64,000 nucleotides of DNA. Source: Octopus bimaculoides (lineage: Eukaryota). The notes under the pieces were generated by a model, which saw only the letters and a list, made by a program, of their open reading frames with translations, was not told the origin of the DNA and did no database searches. Below, in pieces: positions 12,855-24,713 of the stretch. The stretch is from contig NC_068981.1 of NCBI RefSeq assembly GCF_001194135.2, forward strand, positions 165,982,780 through 166,046,779. Direction: 5' to 3'. Numbering within the stretch: the first letter of the stretch is position 1; every line of letters starts with the position of its first letter. A program made the position numbers and the translations under genes.

Positions 12855-13730
12855 ATCCTTTACTTGATTCATTCATTGGACTACGGCCATGCAGGGGCAC
12901 CACCTTGAAGGGTCTTAGTAAGTCTGGTACTTATTCTATTGGCTTTTTACTGAATCACAAAGTTATGGAGACATTATCAAACCATCACGGGTTAACCAAG
13001 CAATGGGAAGGGTGAGAAATACAGAAACACACACACTAATATATACATGTATGTATATATGTATGTATGTACATACAAGGGTGTGCTGAAAAGTTCATGG
13101 CTTTAAGGGTATTGTGAAAGGCATGGTTGGAGGCCTGATTTTCTGAGTTCTTTTAGTAAAACTGAAGGACCACTGCAATAAGCGTGTGAAGAATATATTG
13201 AGTAAAATCATAATTAGCTAATCTTCCTGTATTTTCTTTTATCCAAAGCCAGGAACTTGTATGTGTATATATATATGTGTGTGTATCATCATCATCATCA
13301 TCATCATCGTTTAACGTCCGCTTTCCATGCTAGCATGGGTTATATATATATGTATATATATATGAGGGGGTGCTGGAAAGTTCCTGGATTTAAGGGTATC
13401 ATGAAAAGCCTGGTTGGAAGCCCAGCCTTCTGAGTTCTTTTACGGGGCTTAGAAAAACTGAAGGAGCACTGCAATAAGTATGTGAATCTGAGAAAGGAAT
13501 ATATTGAATAGAAACATAATTAACTGATCCTCCTGTATTTTCTTTTACCCAAAGCCATGAACTTTCATCACCCCCTCATGTGTGTGTGCTTCCACATCAT
13601 TTCTATCTACCAATTCATTTACAAGGTATTGGTTGGTCTTAAGCTATAGTAGAAGACACTTGCCCAAAGTGCAGAATAGTGGGATTGAACCTGAAACCAC
13701 ATGGTTTGCAAAGTGATCTTCTCAACATCC
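12855..13730 (-). mobile_element. SINE family A split by two mariner MITEs and an RTE stub
   Basis: 3' half at about 12855-13070, 5' half at about 13590-13730; inserts lie in between. Confidence 0.7.
13363..13578. mobile_element. mariner-type MITE; a second, degraded copy lies at about 13076-13260
   Basis: TA|TGAGGGGGTGCTGGAAAGTTC ... GAACTTTCATCACCCCCTCA TIRs; the two copies align over about 190 bp. Confidence 0.75.
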
Positions 13731-15192
13731 TATGTGAATATACAGTTTTTGATTGTTCTTAAATGGTTTAAACATCTGTTGCATGATGTAAATGGCTCAG
13801 TTTCAATATAAAGGCTCAGATCAAGTCACTTGTAAAAAGTGACTCAGTTTCAATATATAGGCTCAGATTAAGTCACATGTAAAACACATACAACCATGTA
13901 ATAAATGGGAAAATGCACACATAAAAAGAAAGAAAAAAATTGACTAAATTTGGTTCTGTTGAAAGTCTTTAATAAAGAACTGACTCAAAGACATACTCTA
14001 TATTTGAACTTTGCTTTGCAGCCATATGATCTTAGGTTTAGGCGTATTGTGTTGCATCATGGACAAGTGTTTTCTACTGTTGCCTTAGGTCAGCCAAAAT
14101 AGTGTGAATAGAATTAGTAAATGGACAACTGCATGGAAATGGAAGCCTGTTGTGCGTGTGTGCAAGTGTATGAAAATTGTCATTTGCAAGGAAGCTTGCT
14201 TCCTAGCTACGTGGTTTGGGGTTCAGTTCCACTGCATTGCGCCTTGGGCAACTGTCTTCTGCTATAGCCTCAGGCTGATTGAAGCCTTGTGATTGAATTT
14301 GGTTGGCAGAAGTTTCCGTCATCTGTGTATATGCATGTGTAAGTGCTTGTGCCCCCTATCAGAGAGGAGGAAAATTTCTCACTTGAAACCCTCTTATTGA
14401 AAAGTCAGTGTTCTTATGTGCACTTTCTCACTGAATATTATGTCCCATAACTTTGTACACTGGAAATAGTGGAATAAAGGCTCTCTTATGTGTGAAACAG
14501 GAAAGGGTTGTCAACAGAAGGAGTATCCAGCTATTAAATGCTGACTCAAATATGGTCCTGCATTTGAGGCCAGGGAAATGGGTAATATTTAGTTCTCATG
14601 TACAATGCTCACCCCCCTATTTTCAAGATGTAAAATCTGGAGAAAAGAGTACATGAATAAATACAATATTTGACAAATGGTTCATGAGTCTTGATGACAT
14701 TTTTGTATGTTTCTGGGATTAATACATTCTTCGTTGTCTCAGTTCATCGTTCTGCTTCAAAAATTGAATATCACTACCTCTTATCATGGACTGTCAATAA
14801 TAATAATAATGGTTTCTAACATCAGTAAGGCAGGAAACAGTTGTTTAATTGAAGTGTGAAATTTCTTCAGTGGCAGTAATGTGGTGGTGTAATAATTGAC
14901 TGGTACTCATTTTATCAAAACTTGGCAAGGTTTGAAGTTGATACATTGTTTGGCAGTCTAACAATTGTGGAACTTGCCATCATAACTTTAGCAATTATAT
15001 ATGCAAATTTTCAGTAAAGACATAATAAACTAAATTACTGCTTGCTAGATTTAGTGTCCCACCCAAAGACTAATTTCTACATGTGTTGAAAAGAATTATT
15101 TCTGCTTATACAAATAAGAAGACTGGCACAGATTACAGACTAAACTTTGATTATTTAATATATATTATCTCTCTCTTGTTTTATTTCTTTAG

Positions 15193-15318
15193 ATGCCTGA
15201 AGAGGAGGCATTTGCAGTGTTGGTAACACTGATGCAAGAATACCGGTTACGAGAACTTTTTAAACCCAGTATGGCAGAGCTGGGTTTGTGTATGTACCAA
15301 TTAGAATGCATGATTCAG
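15193..15318 (+). CDS. EVI5: EVI5 exon C: MPEEEAFAVLVTLMQEYRLRELFKPSMAELGLCMYQLECMIQ
   Basis: ttctttAG acceptor, GTAAAT donor, 126 nt, phase 0-0. EVI5-specific YRLRELFKPSMAELGLCMYQ. Confidence 0.96.
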
Positions 15319-17128
15319 GTAAATAAGAAAATGTTGGTTCTGTATGATATCTTGTGTACATTCATGACACTCTTTGACGTTTTTTTATAATCAATTTTGG
15401 CGAACTCTAAAAGAATATATACTGTATAATTCTCTACTGCTTTTATTATTTATTCTTTCTATTGTCTCAAATTTTGGGCTGCACTATTCCAGATATGTTA
15501 ATGGAACTTTGGTTGCTAGTCTTAAATGATTTTTTTATGTTTTTATCTGAAGCAGAAACCTAACTCTTACAATGTAATTTTGGTCACATAAAGGATGTAG
15601 AATCACTTAGAGATGTATAAAAAAATTGTTGGACCAAGCATTGTAGGAGTGTGATTGCCAGAGATGTATAGTTTACTTAATGTGTTTTTTTTTCTTGTTA
15701 TACAACTGATTAGAGTTAAATAGAGCCCATAGAAAGCCAACATTCTTATGCTTGATATGTAGAAATATCAGATGTGTCAGTAAGGATAATTTAGATTTTA
15801 GTTTTGAATTTGACTCCTTTGGTAACTGGATAAATATGCAAAAATGTTATAGTCTTGTTATAGCCTTCAGTTTTGAATTACAATTTCACTATAGTATGTG
15901 TCAAACAACAGACCAATCAATAAATTTAGTAAGATATGTACCACACATATATTAAGGATACAAATAATTCTAAATTATAGATTGAACAAGAATGTCATTT
16001 ACCAAGTGTTCAATAGCAAATGCTACAACATTGCACTTTTGGTTGGTATTTGCAATGATGAGTCTATAACTCAAACTTCTAGCATGAAATTGGTAGGTAA
16101 CTGACTGATTTAGACAGACTTAAATTTGAAAATAAACTATTTTAACAGTATTGTTTGTTAAATCAAAGATGTGTAGCAGTTAAGGTGTCAGAATACTTTC
16201 TCAAGGATGTGATTAAGATGTCGGAATACTTTCTGGGAAAAACACTTCACTCTTCTTTTTATATTATTTTAAGCGGCATCTGCATTTGGTGATCCTGCCA
16301 GTGCAGAGGCCACTTAAAAAGCATCCTGTCCACACTGTAAAGTGGTTGGCATTTGGAAGGGCATCCAGCTGTAAAATCCATGCCAAAACTGACCTCGCCT
16401 GTGCTGGTGCCATGTAAAAAACACTCAGCTCACTTTGTGGAGTGGTTGGTGTTAGGAAGAGTATTCAACTGTAAAAACTGTGCCAAAACAGACACAGAAG
16501 TATTGTGCAGGCTCCTGCCTGGCCAGTTCCTGTCAAACTGTTCTTCCCATGCCAGCATGGAAGGAGGACATTAAATGATGATGATGATAGGAATAACTAT
16601 GAAATCATTTTGAAAGGTATCCTATCACAGACCAGCATCCTAACTAAGCTAGCCACTTAAAGTCAAGAAAACACAGCTAAGTACTACTAGCCTCCAAAAA
16701 TTCCTCTAAGGCTTAGAAAAAATTTACCCTTTCTTTTTATAAACAACCATCTGGTTACAGAATATTCTGAACTGAATTTTTTTGTTTTGTTGTGTAACTC
16801 TCAATTATCTCTGATTAAACAGACTTAGTGATAGAATATGATTTGAAGAAGATTTGGTTATTTCATTAGCTCAATCAATTACAGAGACAATTCCTCATTA
16901 GCTCCTGTTAAATAAAATCTAAGAATTTGCAAGTTCAATAAGTTGGATTGTAATGAGGAGTGGAGAAGTCTGGCTTGTTTTGTTAATAAAAGTGGGTGAA
17001 TGCCTGTATATCTGTGTTTGGGAAATGAGTGCATATGTACCTGCATCAGTGTGGGTGTGTAAATCTTTGGTTTGAATTAAAAACAGAATGTCTAAAAATG
17101 TTAATCTATCTTCTCATTTTTTTTAAAG

Positions 17129-17272
17129 GAACTACTACCAAATCTTCACATCCATTTCCAAACGCAAGGATTTCACACATCTATGTATGCATCCTCTTGG
17201 TTCCTGACATTATTTGCCACTAGCTTACCATTATCACTGGCTTGTCGAGTCATGGATCTGTTTATCTCCGAG
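17129..17272 (+). CDS. EVI5: EVI5 exon D: ELLPNLHIHFQTQGFHTSMYASSWFLTLFATSLPLSLACRVMDLFISE
   Basis: ttttaaAG acceptor, GTAAT donor, 144 nt, phase 0-0. TBC motif SMYASSWFLTLF. Confidence 0.95.
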
Positions 17273-19456
17273 GTAATATTTACAGTTTATTATTACTTTT
17301 ACACCTGTATCCTTACAGCCTACATTGGTTTGCAATGAATACTTTCAAGTTTACTCCTTAAGACACAATAAATTTTTCAATATAATTTAAATATCAATGT
17401 CTCTTCTAAATGTGAGTAGCTCTGCAGCTCCTCCACAAGAACCTACTCTGTTCCTCACCTTCTCTCATATATTGGTTACACATTTTGGCACAAGGCCAGG
17501 AATTTCGTGAGTGGAAGTAAGTCAATTATATTGATCCCAGAGTTCGACAGATACTCATTCTATGGATCCCCAAAAGGATGAAAAGCAAAGTCAATCATGG
17601 CAGAATTTGAACTCAGAACATAAAAGACAGACAAAATGCTGCAAAGCATTTTGCCCGACAGGCTTATGATTCTGCCAGCTCGCCACCTTAATCCCTTCTC
17701 TCATATAGTAACATCTCATTCCCTAACATGAAGCCGACTCCCAACTCACTCGAGGTTCTTAGTCTTGCAAGCTGCATGATGACCTCAGTAATGCTGGTGA
17801 TATGAAAAAACAGCCAGTATATGCTGTAAAATGAGTGGTGTTAGGATGGGCATCCAGCTATACAAACCATGCCAAAACAGACACCGGAGTACAAAGCAGT
17901 CCTTGGGCCCATCAGATCCTGTCAAACCATTGCCAGCCTGGAATGTGTATTCTAAATGATGATGATGCCAGGGGAAAATTAAAATTATAATCTGCATATT
18001 ATATTGAAACTGAAAAATTAGATATTAACATGATTGTTTGTTATCTGAGACTGTGGTTGTGAGATGTATTTCACTTTACATATGGTGGTCAAGAGTGAGT
18101 TTAAACGTTACTTTAACATTACAAAAGGAAGGTAACTGGGTGTGCCTGATTAACAAGTTCCTATTTTAGCATTCAGTGTAAGTGATTAACAAATAGAAGG
18201 CTATTCAATTGCATACATAATATCTCGAACAGAGATTCTCCCCCACCGCCTCAAATTTCTTTCCAAGGGTGGAGTACAACAAAATTGTTAAAACATCAGA
18301 CAAAATGCCTTGCTGTATTTAGTTACGGCTCTTTACATTCATAGTTAAAATTCTACCCAAGTCTTTTTTTTTCTTTTCCTTTTTTTTTTTTTTTTTAAGG
18401 CTTTCATTCTTTCAGGTTGATATATATAGCACCAGCCAAGTAGTGGGTCGATGTAATCGACTAGCTTCCCTCCCTAAATTTCTGTGTCTATATTGTGTCT
18501 ATATTAGAAACATTTATTATTACGTATTAAAGACGGCGAGGTGGCAGAATCGTTAGCACGCCTGCTAAAATGCTTTGCGGCATTTCATCCGTCTTCACGT
18601 TCTGACTTCAAAATCCGTCGAGGTCGCAATAAAATAAATACCAATTGAATACCGAGGTCGATGGAATCGACTTACCCATTACCCCCTAAATAATTGGCCC
18701 TGTCCCAAAATTTGAAATCATTGTTACGTATTAGATAAATAGGAAATAGATTAAGCCTGATTCTCTCCCTTACATAAAATGACTGAATCAGTCACAACGG
18801 ATAATAGTTTCCAAAATTCTTTATACACTATAATTTACTGCAGATCGGTCTGTCACCTCAAGCAACTAAAAATATAGTTTTATATGTAAATTCGATGTGA
18901 AAAAAGGAGTTGTTTCGTATAAATATTCTTGGAAAAAACATCAGTTTGTGTGATATAAATTTTAAATTACTGACTAATACGGTTTGTAATCCAACACCTT
19001 ATCATGCCTCTACGACTTATCTCCCTTAGATCTTAGCCGTTGTAACCATTGGTGTATTTCTTGCTTTTAGAATTGTTACTGTTTTTGTCTTTACCTCGTC
19101 AGCTGAGCATAGATTTCACCGTACTTATCGCAGTGGTGATGAGAGAATCACCAAGTAGATGTACAATATTGTACATTTCTACTCTCATAGAACATCATTC
19201 AAAACCACTAAATATTAGGCCTATCCTTCACACTTCAGTATTTCATATTTATTTTACCCCATAAAGTTATCTTCAACAGTTAAAATATAAACAGCATTTG
19301 TAGCAATAGCTGCAATAGTCTGCCAAGACATGCGCGAACATCGTATACATATCACCGAAAAAAAATTTCTTTGTATGTTTAGTTTTGTTGTAATTTTTTT
19401 TTTTTTAATCTATGAAGTTATGAATAATACAGAGAATTTTATTTTATTAATTGTAG

Positions 19457-19546
19457 GGTATGGAAATTGTCTTTCGAATTGGGATGGCTATTCTTCAAAT
19501 GAGTCAAGAAATATTGATGTCATTAGATATGGAGGGAATGCTGAAG
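19457..19546 (+). CDS. EVI5: EVI5 exon E: GMEIVFRIGMAILQMSQEILMSLDMEGMLK
   Basis: ttgtAG acceptor, GTAAC donor, 90 nt, phase 0-0. Matches the end of the EVI5 TBC domain (GLEIVFRVGLALLQ...LDMEGML). Confidence 0.95.
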
Positions 19547-19821
19547 GTAACATCAGTTTGTGTTTTGTTTTTATTGTGTTTTTTTTAATAGAATTACTTG
19601 TTTCTCCTTAGCTTTCATAGATGGCTGGATTGATACATCAGCTCACTAGTTTTGTTTTAGAAAGATGACAGGACTGAACTCTTCAAGAACATCTTTATAG
19701 TTTTTGTATCGTATAAAAATGATTCCATCTTCTTTAGTCTGTTGCTTTCCTCTCTAAGATGATTAAATTGTGAAACACTCCTTGAATTAAAGTTACTCAA
19801 CAAAGATAAAAATTTCTTTTA

Positions 19822-20225
19822 AGTGACTGTGTGGTAAGTAGCTTGCTTACCAACCACATGGTTCCAGGTTCAGTCCCACTGCGTGGCACCTTGGGCAAGT
19901 GTCTTCTACTATAGCCTCGGGCCGACCAAAGCCTTGTGAGTGGATTTGGTAGACGGAAACTGAAAGAAGCCTGTCGTATATATGTATATATATATAGATA
20001 TATATATGTGTGTTTGTGTGTCTGTGTTTGTCTCCCCACCATCGCTTGACAACCGATGCTGGTGTGTTTACGTCCCCGTAACTTAGCGGTTCGGCAAAAA
20101 GAGACCAATAGAATAAGTACTAGGCTTACAAAGAATAGGTCCTGGGGTCGATTTTCTCAACTAAAGGCGGTGCTCCAGCATGGCCACAGTCAAATGACTG
20201 AAACAGGTAAAAGAGTAAAAGAGTA
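19822..20225 (+). mobile_element. SINE family A, full-length young copy
   Basis: Near-exact reverse complement of 2078-2490; CpGs retained. Confidence 0.88.
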
Positions 20226-20522
20226 ATCATTTCCAAGATTTCAGAGTTATGAAAGAGTGATCTGAGTAAAGTATTGCAGTTTGCTTTCAGTAAATGAAGT
20301 TGGGTCAGTGACTCAATATGCCATATTCTCTCTTCTCACTCTCTGTATGTACTCTGTTAAAAATATAAGATCTTTGCATTGTGAAATACCCTGGGAAATG
20401 TATTTTGGAATCGAAAGCTCAGCCCTAAACATTATAGTTTGACAATTAGTAAAATAGTAAAAAAAATCCTGTATCACTTTAAATATAGTTCACAGTCTCT
20501 TTAAAATTAAAGTATGTTTAGC

Positions 20523-20850
20523 CATCATCATCATCATCATCATCATCGTTTAACGTCCGCTTTCCATGCTAGCATGGGTTGGACGATTTGACTGAGGACT
20601 GGTGAAACCGGATGGCAACACCAGGCTCCAGTCTAATTTGGCAGAGTTTCTACAGCTGGATGCCCTTCCTAACGCCAACCACTCAGAGAGTGTAGTGGGT
20701 GCTTTTACGTGTCACCCGCACGAAAACGGCCACGCTCGAAATGGTGTCTTTTATGTGCCACCCGCACAAGCCAGTCCAGGGGCACTGGCAACGATCTCGC
20801 TCGAAAATCCTACGGGAGCCAGTCAGGCGGTACTGGCAACGGCCACGCTC
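20523..20850 (-). mobile_element. Young RTE 3' end, about 99% identical to 11066-11369
   Basis: 3 mismatches in about 304 bp by manual alignment; (CAT)n tail at left. Confidence 0.88.
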
Positions 20851-21421
20851 CTTCAACATTATTTTAACATCTGTTTGTCCTTGCTCGTAATTATATACGA
20901 GTTCAGCATATTGCTATGCGTTTCAATCTTGCATCATTTTATCTGTAAGGTTTTAAGATTTAGACTCACTTACTTTCTTCTATATCTTCCACATATTTTC
21001 TTTACTTAGAGAAGCTCCACTACATACAACAGTTTTTAACCTAGCATATTTAATCTATTCATGTCAAGTGGCCATTCTAAAATAGTTGTCTCTCCTAATG
21101 CAAACTGTTTTTTCAGCTCACTTCTGACATGCTTTTAAGAAAGATAAATTCTGTGTCCAACAGATTTTGTTCACCCCATTTCTTTCTGGACTACTCTGAT
21201 CTTCCCCATTCAATGTCTCTATTATATATCATTATTATGCATACAAAGAGAAGTAACAGATCCTTGAATTTCTTTTACCAATTTCTTAGTCTAGCTACTG
21301 GCACTAATTAGGTCACACAAGTTGAAAATGTAAACTACATCTAATAAATGGTTTGAACATCTCATGGACTTCATTTCATGAGTGCCCTTTATGATAGCCA
21401 CCCTTTATATATATGTCTTCC

Positions 21422-21522
21422 TGTGGAAGAGGTAGATCCAGAGAGACCTGGGATGAGGTGGTGAAGCACAACCTTCGAATGCTGGGCCTCACGGAGGCAA
21501 TGACAAGGGACAGAGACCTTTG
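21422..21522 (+). pseudogene. Isolated RTE ORF C-terminal fragment (CGRGRSRETWDEVVKHNLRMLGLTEAMTRDRDL)
   Basis: Homologous to the 10909-11004 frame but lacks the 3'UTR. Confidence 0.75.
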
Positions 21523-21589
21523 TTTCCTAAAGTTTCTGCTGTATATTGTTCCTGTTGGTAACCTTGATTGGTAGACTTAAATCTATTAC

Positions 21590-21704
21590 CTGGTTCACCA
21601 CCATCACCTTGTCTTCCTTTACTGGAGCCTACTCTGTTGTAATAATTATTTTCTTTCTGTGAGAAAGAAGGAAATGTCTGTGACCTTCTTAAGCCCTTTT
21701 TAGA
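21590..21704 (-). CDS. Candidate exon of an antisense gene nested in EVI5 intron E-F (SKKGLRRSQTFPSFSQKENNYYNRVGSSKGRQGDGGEP)
   Basis: atcttttcctttcAG acceptor, CAG|GTAATA donor, 115 nt with exactly one open frame, non-repetitive sequence. No recognised homology. Confidence 0.4.
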
Positions 21705-22888
21705 CTGAAAGGAAAAGATTAAGTTCATACTATAACATTATTGTGGCTGCTGTTCTAAATAAATTTCTGTGGATTTATTGACTAGAGGGAACACATAAAC
21801 AACTGAGTCTATTGTGAACACAATTTCTCAGGGGGCACATCATAAATATGTATTTTCTCAAATAGCCAAAACATTCATAAAATCTTCAACCAAAGGAAAT
21901 GATAGCAAATACATAGGGAAAAAAAATCTGAGGATTTAACAACCAAACATAAATTCAACAAAAAATGGTTGTTGAGTATAAATGTAATATAAACTGGGCA
22001 AAATGTGTTCAAAGTATTTCAGCTAAGAAATATTCCAACTGAAGATAAATTTGAAAACAATTATAATAGCAGTTCATTTCTGTTACTGTAGCAACATAAT
22101 CAATGCTGGAAATGAGTAACAAAGGTTTTTAGTTGCAATGGAGCTGTGGAGCTGAACTCTACTGTAAATACAACCATACTTTCTATGTACACAGGTGCAC
22201 TAATAATATAAAGTGCATGAGCTGATCAGACAGTCATCAAAATGTGGTTCACATTTTCAATTATTTGCATGGCCTAGTTTGTATTAAATTTATAGTTAAC
22301 ATATTGTTGCTAGACTAAGAATGCTGGAGAAGAAATTCAGAGACTTGTTACTTCTGTTGGCATACATAATTGTGAGACATTGTATGAGAAAGATCAGTGA
22401 GGACCAGTGAAGTGAGCATGATCTTTTAAATGCATAACATTAATATATAATGAAAGCAGGTCACATGCCATCTGAAAGAGTAGCTCATACTAAAGGATGT
22501 AGGACAGACAACTATACTTTTACTTGTTTCAGTCATTTGACTGCCCATGCTGGAGCACCACCTTTAGTCAAACAAATCGATCCTAGGACTTTGCAAGCCT
22601 AGTACTTATTCTATCAGCCTCTTTTGCCAAACTACTAAGTTATGGAGCTGTAAACACGCCAGCATCAGTTGTCAAGCAATGTTAGGGAGACAAACACAGA
22701 CACACAAACATATAAACACGCATACATAACGGGCTTCTTTCAGTTTCCGTCTACCAAATCCACTCACAAGGCTTTGGTCAGCCTGAGGTTATAGAGGAAG
22801 ACACTTGCCCAAGGTGCCACACAGTGGGACTGAACCCGGAACCATGTGGTTGGTAAGCAAGGTACTTACCACACACCCACTCCTGCAC

Positions 22889-22927
<39 letters not shown>

Positions 22928-23489
22928 AAACTCATGCACCTGTCTGTATATTTTAAGAAGTATGTTTTCATCTTGTCAATGTGATGGAATAGAAATACTA
23001 AACTACTGGAAAGGTTGAAGTTTTACTTTTACTAAAAGAAAATATACCATTCTAGTGTTTCCTTTTTAGGACCAAATACATACCATATTTATGTCTTTTA
23101 TATATAATTTTATTGGCCTTCTTTAAAAAAAGAAGGTACATGGCCATGATTGTAAGGTCATGAGTTTGATCCTTGGACACCAAGCAGCATGTTGTGTTCT
23201 GGAGCAAAGCACTTCATTTCACATTGCTCCACTTTACTCGGCTGAAAGCAAGTTCAAGCCAATGGCTGGGTCAAAAGTGAGATGTCTATGTCTACTTGTG
23301 TCTACATAAACACCTAAAATAAATAGTGAAAGTCTGGTACAAGTTACCAAGTCATACTCACAAGTAACTGCTAAGCTTATTGGTCTCCTTTACTGTTGAA
23401 TTTAATCGCAAGTTGCACACAGTGGCTGATGTGCAACAGCCTAATTCATATTGAACCTTTTTTTCTTTTTTGTTAATGTATTAGTTGAA

Positions 23490-23720
23490 GTGTGGAGGCA
23501 TCATGATCGTAAGATTGTGGTTTCGATTCCTGGACCAGGTGACGCGTTGTGTTCTTGAGCAAAACACTTCATTTCACATTGCTCCAGTCCACTCAGCTAG
23601 CAAAAATGAGTAACGTTGCGATGGACTGGCATCCACGTCCAGCTGGGGAACACGTACGCCATTGAAACCGGGAAACCGGGCCCATAAGCCTAGCTTGGCT
23701 TTAAAAGGGCGCATTTATTT
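23490..23720 (+). mobile_element. SINE family C with CORE/V-domain-like centre; an older copy lies at about 23140-23290
   Basis: B-box GGTTTCGATTCC, TTGTGTTCTTGAGCAAAACACTT (CORE-like), TGCGATGGACTGGCATCC..GTCCAG (V-SINE-like), (TTTA)n tail. Confidence 0.6.
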
Positions 23721-23942
23721 ATTTTTCTATTAGTTGAAGTAGGAAAGGCAACATTACAAGTTTTTATAGGGTTCCTGTGACTGTGGAGGGAAAGGAAATA
23801 AGATACCATGACTACTTGGTTATTGCAGTAACAAGTAGTACATTAATATGTGAGACTAAACTCAGACCATAGTCTTAGTCTAAATATCTGAACCAGAGTG
23901 GCTGCTATCTATGAACTTCAGGTTGTACCATGTGACAGGTAA

Positions 23943-24512
23943 CCCTTTTAATACCAACCCACTTGAGAAATTTCCTGGTTCTATGACAAACTTCCTGATT
24001 TTAAAATGATTTAAATCAGAGTTATCCATGAATCCCTTTGATTACTATTTTATTCTGGAGGATCCCCATAGCCATTCAATGTTTAAAAACTAATTTTATA
24101 GAAACTCCTTTCAAAATTCCTATTTTGTTTTTTACACATTAACTTATGTGGATTGAACTATGTAAAATTAGAGAAAGAAACCTAACTGTTTCTTGCAATA
24201 CATACCAATACATACATCTAAAGCAAAATTTTTTCAGGAGCCCTTAAGATACTATTGTGGATCCCTAATTTACTATTTTGTTGCACAGGCCCCCAAAAAT
24301 CTTATATGAACCTTCAGGGGCCATATGAACCCCAGTTGAGAACCAATGATCTGAATGATCTAAATCGAAACTTTCTTTAAAAATTTCATGTTAATTTATG
24401 TTCCAAACACCAACTTAATAATGATAAAGTTTGTTTTACTAAATTTTGTATTTTCAAAATTAATTGAAACAAAGGCAGTGTATTCCAACAGAAATATTAC
24501 AGAAAAGTTAAC
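23943..24512. mobile_element. Decayed piggyBac-like MITE interrupted by a 5'-truncated hAT MITE (about 24025-24348)
   Basis: Flanks resemble 37707-37930; the middle resembles 8425-8750 and ends GTTGAGAACCAATG. Confidence 0.55.
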
Positions 24513-24615
24513 CAGTAGATACTTTCCTCAGTGATGGGGAATTTCCAAGACATTTGTATTTATAATATTTACATGAACTGAAACAAGTAATGATTTGTTT
24601 TCTTTCTATTTAAAG

Positions 24616-24713
24616 TTTTTCCAGAAAACTGTTCCTGCCATATATGAACAAGACCAAGAGAAACTTATTCATACTGCTTTTCTTATCAAATACAATGCCA
24701 AAAAAATGAAAAA
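24616..24713 (+). CDS. EVI5: EVI5 exon F: FFQKTVPAIYEQDQEKLIHTAFLIKYNAKKMK(K)
   Basis: ttctatttaaAG acceptor (a second in-frame CAG lies 9 nt downstream), GTAAGA donor, 98 nt, phase 0-2. Matches HFQK...VKYNSKKMKK. Confidence 0.9.

Noticed and set aside
19822-19900. tRNA-like A/B boxes
   Set aside because: These are SINE heads continuing into SINE bodies; no cloverleaf with acceptor stem and anticodon could be built.
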